From contig JBBRSB010000016.1 of the NCBI GenBank assembly GCA_038245785.1, positions 32,609-96,608 of the forward strand: a DNA stretch of 64,000 nucleotides. The letters run 5' to 3'. Position numbers and translations under genes: made by a program. The number at the start of each line of letters is the position of its first letter. The first letter of the stretch is position 1. This document shows, one piece after another, positions 48,643 to 57,779 of this stretch. Origin of the DNA: Gloeobacterales cyanobacterium (GTDB taxonomy: Bacteria; Cyanobacteriota; Cyanobacteriia; Gloeobacterales; PMM-0068). A model generated the notes under the pieces. That model was given only the letters and a program-made list of their open reading frames with translations, did no database searches and was not told the origin of the DNA.

Positions 48643-48871
48643 GATTCAATCTCCTTCGATTAAAGCGTGTGCATATAGGATATGCCTCCTCTTTGACGCG
48701 CGAATCAGTCTTGAGGAGTAGTTTTGCACCCGCTGAAAAATAAAGTGAAAGCTGAGAACACTGATCTGCTATTCCCAGTTTTTTGCCTAACTTTAAATGT
48801 TAACCTCAGATCCTGGCAGAAGAGACACACTCAGATCTTCAAGGGCTTGCGCTCAACTCAACTATTCTGTA

Positions 48872-49309
48872 TCACGCAGGAAAGCCCAGCATTCTCGGCG
48901 CACCTTTGTACTTGAGATTCAACTGCTTAATGCTTGTCTGTATAGGTATGCCCAAGTGCCCATTATGCTTTGCGGTTAAGGCTACATCGACGCAGACATC
49001 ACAACGAGAACCATGGGAGTTGTAGACACCATCGGCAAAAACAAAGCAGTCAAGGTTACTTCTGTGCCCGACTGACTGACCACATCCGCAGTAGCAGGGG
49101 AACTGCTTGAGGAGTTTGGGATTGGTTTTTGCAAAAAGATAAGCCTCTTGGAAGGCAGGAGGTAGGTTCTTCAAGGCTTCTTGACTGAGGGGAGGTTCTG
49201 GATATTTGTCGTACAAACGCTGGGATGGCTGGGCGAATAGTCGCGTACCTAAACCAAAGCTAGAAAGACTTACTATCAATGAACTTGCAAAAAATTGACG
49301 CCTTCGCAT
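48872..49309 (-). CDS. PCYCGC-motif protein with twin-arginine-like leader
   Basis: MRRRQFF; PCYCGC...GH.SNLDCF...HG..C.VC. Confidence 0.85.
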   Translation of the reverse strand: MRRRQFFASSLIVSLSSFGLGTRLFAQPSQRLYDKYPEPPLSQEALKNLPPAFQEAYLFAKTNPKLLKQFPCYCGCGQSVGHRSNLDCFVFADGVYNSHGSRCDVCVDVALTAKHNGHLGIPIQTSIKQLNLKYKGAPRMLGFPA

Positions 49310-49393
49310 TCACAACTCCTATAAACAATAAAACCAATCTCATTAGGGGAAGTTACCACATGGAAATGGTAATTGCTATGGAGTTCCATCTGT

Positions 49394-49442
49394 GTATTTT
49401 AGCACTTGTTTTGCATAGAGTGCAAAACAAGTGCTAAAATAC
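49394..49442. repeat. Perfect 22-bp inverted repeat with a 5-nt spacer
   Basis: gtattttagcacttgttttgca-tagag-tgcaaaacaagtgctaaaatac. Confidence 0.95.
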
Positions 49443-49613
49443 TTTCTGGATCAGAATATCTCGGTATAATTTGGACTGCAGGCAGAATTAACCGCAGAAG
49501 TGTAGGCAAAGGACGTCTGTGGTGGATTTAATCTGCAAATGTATAGAGTTGAATAAATAGTTGGGTGTACAAAACTGATCCCATCAAGTTTATGACTAGA
49601 CAAGGAAATTTTT

Positions 49614-50237
49614 ATGAATACTGATCATAAAATTCATTGGAATAATATCTATTCGACTAAACTTGTTGATGGCGTTTCTTGGTATCAGCAAAAACCAGAA
49701 AAATCACTGCAAATCATTCATCAATTTACGCCTGCAATAAATCATCCGGCAGTGATTGATGTTGGTGGTGGAACATCCACGCTCGTAGATTACCTTTTAG
49801 CTGACGGTTATGATTCGCTTGTGATCCTAGATATTGCAGAATCAGCGCTTGCTCAAACCAAGCAACGACTTGGTGACATAGCAAAAAAAGTGTCCTGGTT
49901 AGTTGCTGACATCACCAATACAGATTTGCCATCAAATACCTATGATCTTTGGCATGATCGTGCCGTATTTCACTTTTTAATCACGCCAGAAGACCAAGTT
50001 AAATATGTACGTTTGGTGGAAAAAACGCTTAAATCTGGCGGTATTCTTGTAATGTCAACATTCGCGCCTGACGGCCCTGAAAAATGCAGCAACTTAAATG
50101 TTAATCGTTATGATTGCGATGAGCTTTGGGAAATCCTGGGGCAAAATTTCAAATTGATACACAGCGACAGAGAACTTCATCAAACGCCATTTCATAGCCA
50201 ACAGGCATTTAGCTACTGTGTGTTTCAAAAACTCTGA
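49614..50237 (+). CDS. Class I SAM-dependent methyltransferase
   Basis: HW..IY, VSWYQ..P, IDVGGG.S.LVD, WHDRAVFHFL, GPEKCS. Confidence 0.9.
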   Translation: MNTDHKIHWNNIYSTKLVDGVSWYQQKPEKSLQIIHQFTPAINHPAVIDVGGGTSTLVDYLLADGYDSLVILDIAESALAQTKQRLGDIAKKVSWLVADITNTDLPSNTYDLWHDRAVFHFLITPEDQVKYVRLVEKTLKSGGILVMSTFAPDGPEKCSNLNVNRYDCDELWEILGQNFKLIHSDRELHQTPFHSQQAFSYCVFQKL

Positions 50238-50448
50238 CTCCCCAAAAGCGCAGACAACTAAACAGAACCGACATGGCTGTGGTGAAATGTAAACCATGCA
50301 GAGACAAAATCTTCATCTTTCAGAAGAGCAAATTTATAAATTAATTTTTTATCTCGCTGGGTAGAGGTAATTCTTTCCATAACTCTCTAGCGTGAACTCC
50401 ATGGGAAAAGATGAGCTTAATTTTTCATTAGCTAACCATTAGGGGTGA

Positions 50449-50964
50449 ATGATGGCTGACATCGGATTATTTTATGGTAGCGAAACAGGGTATACGCAAA
50501 CGGATGCAGAAAAAATTCAGAAGGAATTTGGCGGTGATTCTGTAGTGGAACTGATCGATGTTGCAAAAGCAGAGGAAAGTGACTTTGAGCGCTTTGAACG
50601 CATTATTATTGGTTGCCCTACGTGGAATGTAGGTCAGCTGCAAAGTGATTGGGAAACCTTCTATGATCAATTAGATAATATTGATTTCACAGGCAAAAAG
50701 GTTGCTTATTTTGGCCCCGGAGACCAGGTTGGCTATCCTGATAGTTTTGAAGATGCGCTCGGTATTTTAGAGGAAAAAATTGCTAAGCAGGGGGGACAGA
50801 CCGTAGGATATTGGCCTACTAAAGGCTATGAATTTACCGAATCTAAGGGGGTTAGGGACGGGAAATTTGTCGGTCTTGCTCTTGATGAAGACAATCAGTC
50901 TGAGTTGACTGATGAGCGGATCAAAGCGTGGGTTGCTCAATTGAAGCAAGAATTTGATGGTTAA
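50449..50964 (+). CDS. isiB: Long-chain flavodoxin
   Basis: IGLFYGSETG.T, GCPTWN.G.LQSDW, FG.GDQ.GY, FVGLALDEDNQ. Confidence 0.92.
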   Translation: MMADIGLFYGSETGYTQTDAEKIQKEFGGDSVVELIDVAKAEESDFERFERIIIGCPTWNVGQLQSDWETFYDQLDNIDFTGKKVAYFGPGDQVGYPDSFEDALGILEEKIAKQGGQTVGYWPTKGYEFTESKGVRDGKFVGLALDEDNQSELTDERIKAWVAQLKQEFDG

Positions 50965-52091
50965 GTAAGTTGCTTCCGAAATTGGCTGATGCTAATGCTT
51001 AAGAAAACAGCCGCAAACATAACTAACGCCAGTACATGCGGCCAGAGCATCTCCAGACCAACTCCTTTCAGCAGGATGCTTCGGAGGATCTGCACGAAGT
51101 GTCGGAGTGGATTCAGCCATGACAGGTAGCGAAAGAAGGTCGGCATACTGTCAATGGGGGCGATCGCGCCTGAAAGCTGAATCAGGGGAATGTTGATAAA
51201 AAATGCCGTTAATACAACCTGCTGCTGATTTTGGGCAATCGTTGCCAGCATAATTCCAATTCCAATTCCGACGAATAAGTACAAACCTGAAAGCAATAAG
51301 AGCAAGAGAAAATTGCCCTTGATAGGCACCCCAAACACCAAACGAGCAACCCCCAGTGCCAACAGTACAGTCCCCATCAGCAGTACAAACAGCGGCACAA
51401 TTTTGGCAACCAGGATTTCCCATGTAGCGGCTGGAGTCATCAGCAATTGTTCCAGCGTTCCAGTATCCTTCTCTCGGATCACAGTAAGTGCCGAAACCAG
51501 GGAGCTTACAAGCGTGATCGAGATGCCAATCACCCCCGGTACAAAGAACCAACTGCTGATTAAACCAGGGTTATAGAGGAACGTGTGCACAGGGCGTACT
51601 AACGGTGGCGTTGAATTGGGCAACAGTTGGCGACCATGCTGCTGAATCATGCGAAGCATATAGCCACTGGCAATGCCAGCCGTGTTGGCATCAACTCCAT
51701 CTACCAAAAGTTGTAGATCCGCTGATTTATTCTGAGTCAACTGCTGCTTAAACTGTGGTGGAATCACTAACCCGATCGTCACATTACCGTTTCGCACCTG
51801 CTGACCCAATTCCTCCTGGCTTGATGAGAATTGTTTTGCCACGAATACTTGGTTCTCGGTCAAGGCAGAAACCAGTTCTCGACTTTCAGACCCATGGGCA
51901 TAATCGACGATGCCCAGATCGATTTTGTTGATGTCAGGATTCAGGGCAAAGCCATAGAGCATAATTTGCAAAATTGGCGCGATCGTCAGCAAGACAACAA
52001 TCTCTTTGTTCTGGAGAATCTGCTGAATTTCCTTCATTACCAAAGCCAGGAAGGAACTGGGGATGAGGCGACGGGTAGATTTAAACAGCAT
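50961..52091 (-). CDS. ABC-2 type permease (YbhR-like)
   Basis: KE..Q..., YNP.L.S.WF.VPG, REK..GTLEQL..TP. Confidence 0.9.
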   Translation of the reverse strand: MLFKSTRRLIPSSFLALVMKEIQQILQNKEIVVLLTIAPILQIMLYGFALNPDINKIDLGIVDYAHGSESRELVSALTENQVFVAKQFSSSQEELGQQVRNGNVTIGLVIPPQFKQQLTQNKSADLQLLVDGVDANTAGIASGYMLRMIQQHGRQLLPNSTPPLVRPVHTFLYNPGLISSWFFVPGVIGISITLVSSLVSALTVIREKDTGTLEQLLMTPAATWEILVAKIVPLFVLLMGTVLLALGVARLVFGVPIKGNFLLLLLLSGLYLFVGIGIGIMLATIAQNQQQVVLTAFFINIPLIQLSGAIAPIDSMPTFFRYLSWLNPLRHFVQILRSILLKGVGLEMLWPHVLALVMFAAVFLSISISQFRKQLT

Positions 52092-52166
52092 TGGGAAGAC
52101 GGCCTATAGAGATAGAAATATTCTGGTTATGTTTAAGATGCTTTAAACTTCAAACCTCATCACGCT

Positions 52167-53273
52167 TTAATCCGGTAACTGCATCTTTTGTAATGTCCGA
52201 TTAGCGGTCCAGAAAAAGAGTAGCCCTAAAACAACAATCATCACCATAGGGAACCAAATACCGAGCCATCCAGTGCCACGAACAAAGGCATCACGACTGA
52301 TTTGAATGAAATAACGGGCTGGAACAAGGTCAGCAAGATGCACCAGCGGGAAGGGAATATTTTTGATCGGATAGATGAAACCAGACAGCAACAGTGCGGT
52401 CATAAAGCCAATTAAGGAAATCGCTTGAATCGTAGAAATTAAATCTTTTGCCCGTGAACCGATCATCAGACCGAACATTACGCTGGTTCCCAGGTAAAGG
52501 AGGGTGCCAATCAAAAGCGGCAGCGGGTCTCCAGCAAATCCTAGTTGAAAAATGAGCGAGCCGATGAGCATGAGAACCAGGGCTTCACCAAGACCTATAA
52601 AAAGATAAGCTAGCCCTTTACCGAGTAAGAGTTCGGTAGCAGTCATACTGGAAGCATAGACCTGCACGATATTCCCTTTCTCTTTCTCGCGCACCATGGC
52701 CATCGCAGCCAGGATACCGGGAAATACCCAGAGGAGAAACCCAAATACCCCCGGTACGATGTAGAGGGATTCTTTGCGTCCTGGATTAAACCAAAGACGC
52801 AGATGGGGTTTGAGTGGATTGCTTGTGGTTTCTACCCCAGCATTGGCCAGGAAAAAAGTCGTGGTAGTGTGAATGCTGTTTTGGATGACCCTGGCGTTGT
52901 TGGTATCCGTGCCATCGATCAAAACCTGAACATCACTGCCACGCCCGGATTTAATCTGGCGGCTAAAGTCGGGAGGAATGATCACAACAACCTTAGCAAA
53001 ACCATGATCCAGGGCGTGAATTGCCGGATCGCCACCGGGCCATAACACTGCTGTGAACTGGTTAGTGGCAAAGATGCGCTCAATGTAGCTGCGGCTGAGG
53101 GGAGTGTTGTTCAGATCTTGAACAACCAGAGGAATGTTTTTTGCCTCCAAGCGAATGGCGAAGCCGAGAATCAGCAGCGAGATGAGCGGTAACAGAAATG
53201 CTAGGGCGACTGTGAGGCGATCGCGCTGGAATTGCGCCAATTCTTTGAGACATTGACTCCAAATTCGTTTCAT
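52167..53273 (-). CDS. ABC-2 type permease (YbhS-like)
   Basis: KEL.QF.RD, WFNP..., REKE.G, LLSGFIYPI.N.P. Confidence 0.9.
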   Translation of the reverse strand: MKRIWSQCLKELAQFQRDRLTVALAFLLPLISLLILGFAIRLEAKNIPLVVQDLNNTPLSRSYIERIFATNQFTAVLWPGGDPAIHALDHGFAKVVVIIPPDFSRQIKSGRGSDVQVLIDGTDTNNARVIQNSIHTTTTFFLANAGVETTSNPLKPHLRLWFNPGRKESLYIVPGVFGFLLWVFPGILAAMAMVREKEKGNIVQVYASSMTATELLLGKGLAYLFIGLGEALVLMLIGSLIFQLGFAGDPLPLLIGTLLYLGTSVMFGLMIGSRAKDLISTIQAISLIGFMTALLLSGFIYPIKNIPFPLVHLADLVPARYFIQISRDAFVRGTGWLGIWFPMVMIVVLGLLFFWTANRTLQKMQLPD

Positions 53274-53431
53274 TGAGTAATTCCAAACGATTGAGCCCTG
53301 CTAAGGAAAATGGGCGGAAGCCTCTTTTGTGTGATCGGAAGATTGCAATCTAGTTTCATAGAAGGGTTCCTCAAACAAGAACATCTTTGCGGTATCGCTA
53401 TAGCACCCGTAGTCTGAAAATTGTAAATTCA

Positions 53432-53467
53432 GCCATTGGCTCTGAGTTCAATTTCAGAGCCAATGGC
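53432..53467. terminator. Hairpin with perfect 14-bp arms downstream of copZ copy 1
   Basis: gccattggctctga-N8-tcagagccaatggc. Confidence 0.6.
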
Positions 53468-53475
53468 ACAGTGGG

Positions 53476-53670
53476 TTAACTTGCGGGATAGCCAACATTG
53501 GCAATCGCTGCCCTAATTGCTGTTTCAGAAGCTTGAGTTTCCACTAATACCGTTTTGGTTGTTGGATCACCTTGAACGACGGCATTAGCATCAACTGTCT
53601 TAACTGCCTTGGTGATGGTGTTTACACAACCGCCACAGGTCATTTCGGGAACTTTTAGCTGTAGTTTCAT
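53476..53670 (-). CDS. copZ: Copper chaperone, copy 1
   Basis: MTCGGC HMA motif; C-terminal GY. Confidence 0.9.
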   Translation of the reverse strand: MKLQLKVPEMTCGGCVNTITKAVKTVDANAVVQGDPTTKTVLVETQASETAIRAAIANVGYPAS

Positions 53671-53755
53671 GGTTTCAAATGGTTACTCCTAAGTGGTGTA
53701 TGAACAGAAAAAAATGGGTCGAAGGGTGAGAGAACACTGCTTCCTGATTACTGAA

Positions 53756-55837
53756 TCAAAGCCTCACACGACGCAATAGCATTGCGTTAACTGACACGAT
53801 CACTGTCGAAAGGCTCATAAATATGGCTCCCACTGCAGGAGTCAAAAGAATGCCCAGTGGATAAGCAACTCCAGCCGCCAAGGGAATCCCAATCACGTTA
53901 TACCCGGTTGCCCAGAAGAGATTTTGAATCATCTTGCTATAGGTTGCTTTTGCCAGTTTGAGAGCATAAGTGGCATCTAATGGATTGCTCTTCACTAGGA
54001 CTAGATCTGCAGATTCGATTGCCACATTTGTGCCTGCCCCAATCGCCAGTCCCAGATCAGATTCCGTCAGTGCCGGTGCATCGTTAATCCCGTCTCCGAC
54101 AAACGCAGTTAGTGCCTCCTGTTTGAGCTTGCGAATGATGGCCGCTTTATCTTGAGGCTTCACACGGGCATAATAGCGATCGATTTTCAGGTCATTGGCA
54201 ACGGTTTTGGCAACAGCTTCCGCATCGCCGGTAATCATCACCACCTGCACATTCATTTCCCGCAATTTTTGCACCGCCTCCCGTGCCTGTTCGCGCACCT
54301 GATCCGCCAATCCAAACACGGCTAACACCTGCCGCTCGTCCATCAAGACGATCGCGCTTTCACCGCGAGATTCAGCTTGCTTCAGTCCTTGCTGCAATAC
54401 TTCTGAAAACGGTAGCTCTAGCTCCTGCACCCATTCGGGGCGTCCAACCCGATAGAGTTGCCCGTTGACGGTGCCTTCCACGCCGCTTCCTGGAATTGCT
54501 CGGAAATCAGAACCTTTGGCAAGGGGGATTTGACGACGGTTGGCTTCTTCGACGACTGACTGGGCTAGAGGGTGTTCGGAAAGCGTCTCTAGTGCCGCTG
54601 TGATTGCCAGAGCCTCGGTCTCTTGCATCCCCTCTGTGTAGATTTGCTGCACCCCAAACCGACCTTCTGTCAATGTTCCAGTTTTGTCAAAGGCGATCGT
54701 TTTGATGCTTTTAGCGCGTTCAAACGCTTGGCGATCGCGAACCAAAATGCCATTTTTAGCAGACATGGCAGTCGCATTCACAATCACCAGCGGAATTGCC
54801 AATCCCAGGGCATGGGGGCAGGCAATTACCAACACCGTTACCGCTCGGTTAATGGCAAAAGCCAGATCGGAGCCGACGGCAAGCCAGACGAAAAAGGTGA
54901 GGGAGGCAACCGCGATCGCCATGAGGGTTAACCAGTAAGCCAGTTTATCTGCCAGCGCCTGAAACTGACTCTTGGCGTTTTGTGCTTCCTCGACCAGTCG
55001 CATAATCTGGCTCAGGGTGGTTTGATCACCGGTGCGAGTCACCTGCGCCGTCAGTGCTCCTTCTCCGTTGACTGCCCCCGCGACCACTTCATCGTTCAGT
55101 CGTTTCACAACTGGGCGCGATTCTCCCGTCAGAAATGCCTCGTTGACGCTGGAAGCCCCGTCTATCACGGTGCCATCGAGTGGAACCTGCTCCCCCGGAC
55201 GAATCAGAAACTGATCGCCTTCCTTTAGCTGACTGACCGGCACATCTTCTATCTGGCCATTGGTGAACTTGTGCGCCACAGAAGGAACTAAATCTGCCAG
55301 ATGTTCGAGGGCGCTGCTGGCTCCCTCCACCGAAGCCATCTCTATCCAGTGCCCTAAGAGCATCACGTCAACCAATGTTGACAACTCCCAGTAGAATGGC
55401 ATCCCCGACAATCCGAAAAACACTGCCATACTGTAGAAATAGGCAACACTGATCGCCAGAGCAATTAGGGTCATCATGGCAATCCGACTGTGAAATTCGC
55501 GCCAGGCTCCTACGAGAAAAACCCATCCACCGTAAAAGTAGATGATGGTACTCAAGGCCGGACTGATGAGGTTTGCGCCTGGAATCTGGACTGCCTGGTA
55601 GTTAAACCAACCCTGGATATCAGGTGAAAAGTAGAGAACTGGCAACGTCAATAACAGGCAGATAAAGAAGCGTCGCTTGAAGATCTCTGGGCTATGCCCT
55701 GCATGTTTATCCTGCGGGTGAGGGGCAGATGCAAGTTTTTGCCCAGACTCGGCGTGCCCAACATGTCCTTGCGTTTGGGGTGGGTGTTGATGCTGCTCGT
55801 GATCGAGAGAGGGATGCTGTTTGTGATCGTTCTTCAT
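53756..55837 (-). CDS. copB: Copper-translocating P1B-3 ATPase
   Basis: His-rich N-terminus, CPHALGLA, DKTGT, GYN...P, MSLST. Confidence 0.93.
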   Translation of the reverse strand: MKNDHKQHPSLDHEQHQHPPQTQGHVGHAESGQKLASAPHPQDKHAGHSPEIFKRRFFICLLLTLPVLYFSPDIQGWFNYQAVQIPGANLISPALSTIIYFYGGWVFLVGAWREFHSRIAMMTLIALAISVAYFYSMAVFFGLSGMPFYWELSTLVDVMLLGHWIEMASVEGASSALEHLADLVPSVAHKFTNGQIEDVPVSQLKEGDQFLIRPGEQVPLDGTVIDGASSVNEAFLTGESRPVVKRLNDEVVAGAVNGEGALTAQVTRTGDQTTLSQIMRLVEEAQNAKSQFQALADKLAYWLTLMAIAVASLTFFVWLAVGSDLAFAINRAVTVLVIACPHALGLAIPLVIVNATAMSAKNGILVRDRQAFERAKSIKTIAFDKTGTLTEGRFGVQQIYTEGMQETEALAITAALETLSEHPLAQSVVEEANRRQIPLAKGSDFRAIPGSGVEGTVNGQLYRVGRPEWVQELELPFSEVLQQGLKQAESRGESAIVLMDERQVLAVFGLADQVREQAREAVQKLREMNVQVVMITGDAEAVAKTVANDLKIDRYYARVKPQDKAAIIRKLKQEALTAFVGDGINDAPALTESDLGLAIGAGTNVAIESADLVLVKSNPLDATYALKLAKATYSKMIQNLFWATGYNVIGIPLAAGVAYPLGILLTPAVGAIFMSLSTVIVSVNAMLLRRVRL

Positions 55838-55938
55838 CGCTTAATATTCCTGCTAATGGATTGGAAGCCCTTACAAGGAGAGCGGGTCGGTTCAATCAAC
55901 GGGATGGGTTATCCTTCATCCTTATTCGAGGTGAAATT

Positions 55939-56469
55939 CTATAGAAGTCTTGCGGCTTCCTGATGGGGAGCGGGTTGTTGGCTGATCTTGGCCTGAGACT
56001 GCACCGTTAGCACTGAACAATGAGCACGGTGGACGACATAATCACTAACACTACCCAGAAGCAATTCACTCAAGCCAGAGTGTCCCCGCCGCCCAATCAC
56101 AATCAGATCGGCATCCCAATCACAGGCCACCTCACAAATTGTTCGCCCCAGACTGCCGGGTTTCTGAGTGGATTCAGCCCGGATGCCAGCAGCAGTTGCT
56201 TCAGCGGCATAGGCTTGAACCATGGCCAACCCCTGCTGGACAAATTGCTCCCAGATCCGGCGGCAATGTTCTGCGGTTTCACTATTCGTTCCGGGATAGT
56301 AATAGGTGTTTAATAGTCCAGTGGTATCCGGGCAACCTTCCTCATCGGGTGACAACACGTGTAGCACCATCAGTCTGGCATTGTTGGCTTTTGCCTGGGC
56401 CAGGGCAGCGGTAAAAACGCGCTTCCCCGATTTAGAACAATCGACAGCAACCAGTATTTTTTCAAACAT
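55939..56469 (-). CDS. Universal stress protein
   Basis: KILVAVD, DLIVIG.RG.SGL.ELLLGSVS.YV.H.A.CSVL. Confidence 0.93.
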   Translation of the reverse strand: MFEKILVAVDCSKSGKRVFTAALAQAKANNARLMVLHVLSPDEEGCPDTTGLLNTYYYPGTNSETAEHCRRIWEQFVQQGLAMVQAYAAEATAAGIRAESTQKPGSLGRTICEVACDWDADLIVIGRRGHSGLSELLLGSVSDYVVHRAHCSVLTVQSQAKISQQPAPHQEAARLL

Positions 56470-56524
56470 AGCAACCTCCTGAATTTCAAATTCGATAATG
56501 AATTCAAATGGATTAGGTTAAGGC

Positions 56525-57739
56525 TTAACCGATGAGTTTAGCGACGCGCAGGGCAGAGATAATAGCTCCTTCATGCAATCCATCCCCAAGGTAAGCTCCT
56601 GCGTAGTACGTGTTGTTCTCTCCATTAGTGGCGATCACTTCATCTCGGTATCGAAAAGATTCAGTGTTGTACAACGGAGTGTGATGTTCCTGAATGTGAA
56701 TGATGCTATCTTTGGCAATCAACTCCTCCAGTTGGAACGATAAAAAATGGTGCAGGGGAGACGAGATTCCGCAAATCTGATTCAAGCAACCGTTATATCC
56801 CCAGCGACTGTCTGTCTGGAAGAAATCAAATTCCGATGGTTGCCGGATGCCTTGGTTGTCATACATGGAAGTATCCATATGAACTGTAGTGGTTGCATAA
56901 TTGGCTTTCCATGCTGAGAAGCGTTTGGTTTCAGCATCGGTTGGGTCAGCTAACAGCGCCATCACCTGGTCGGGTGGCGTGGCAAACACGACTTTATCAA
57001 ACTCCTGCATTTCACCGTTCGCTAGCTTGATTTTTACGGCATCTGGACTTCTGGAAATACTGGTGATTTCCATATTTAATACAACTTCTCCCTGAAAGCG
57101 TTCCAGAATTTTTTCAATGTAAGAATATGCACCGCCTTCAACCCTGAGCCAGCCGACTGCGATGTAGTCGCGCAACGTCGGAACTGCCAACTCTGCCGGA
57201 AAATCGTCGATGAGTTCAAACGGCATCGAGTAACTATACATCGTCAGCAACTTGAGCCAGAGGCTGCCAGTCCTATCGTCTTTCAGATAGTGAGACAGCG
57301 GCTGGTCGTATAAATTTTCCATGTCAGCAAATCGCGTTTCCAGCCATAATCCAGCGGAACGGAGATAGAGGCTATCGAATCGAAGATATTCGATTAGGCG
57401 TTGGATACCTATGAAGTTCTTCTTGATCGCGACCTCCGATAAAAAGTATCTGCCCTCTTTGGGAAACAGCTCTGAACCGATATTGACAGGTAATAGTTCC
57501 ACTCCTAGCTCTTGCATGAGAGCAATGAAGTTATGAAATGCAGTCGGAAATTCGAGTACCCCACTCTCCAAAATTTCGTGGCAATCGGATTGGTTGGGCT
57601 TGACGTTTTTGTTGAGTGTGCGAATATGTCCCCCTAACATGGGCTGCCGTTCAAACACAGTGACATGATGCTCTTGTTTGTCAAGCCAGTAAGCTGTAGC
57701 CATACCGCTCGCTCCACCACCGATGACTGCAATTCTCAT
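56525..57739 (-). CDS. FAD-dependent oxidoreductase (amine oxidase-like)
   Basis: IAVIGGGASG, FE....LGGH, GAYLGDGLHEGA. Confidence 0.85.
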   Translation of the reverse strand: MRIAVIGGGASGMATAYWLDKQEHHVTVFERQPMLGGHIRTLNKNVKPNQSDCHEILESGVLEFPTAFHNFIALMQELGVELLPVNIGSELFPKEGRYFLSEVAIKKNFIGIQRLIEYLRFDSLYLRSAGLWLETRFADMENLYDQPLSHYLKDDRTGSLWLKLLTMYSYSMPFELIDDFPAELAVPTLRDYIAVGWLRVEGGAYSYIEKILERFQGEVVLNMEITSISRSPDAVKIKLANGEMQEFDKVVFATPPDQVMALLADPTDAETKRFSAWKANYATTTVHMDTSMYDNQGIRQPSEFDFFQTDSRWGYNGCLNQICGISSPLHHFLSFQLEELIAKDSIIHIQEHHTPLYNTESFRYRDEVIATNGENNTYYAGAYLGDGLHEGAIISALRVAKLIG

Positions 57740-57779
57740 AGTTGACCTCCAAGTTTATAAATAATTAGCGACCGTCTGT

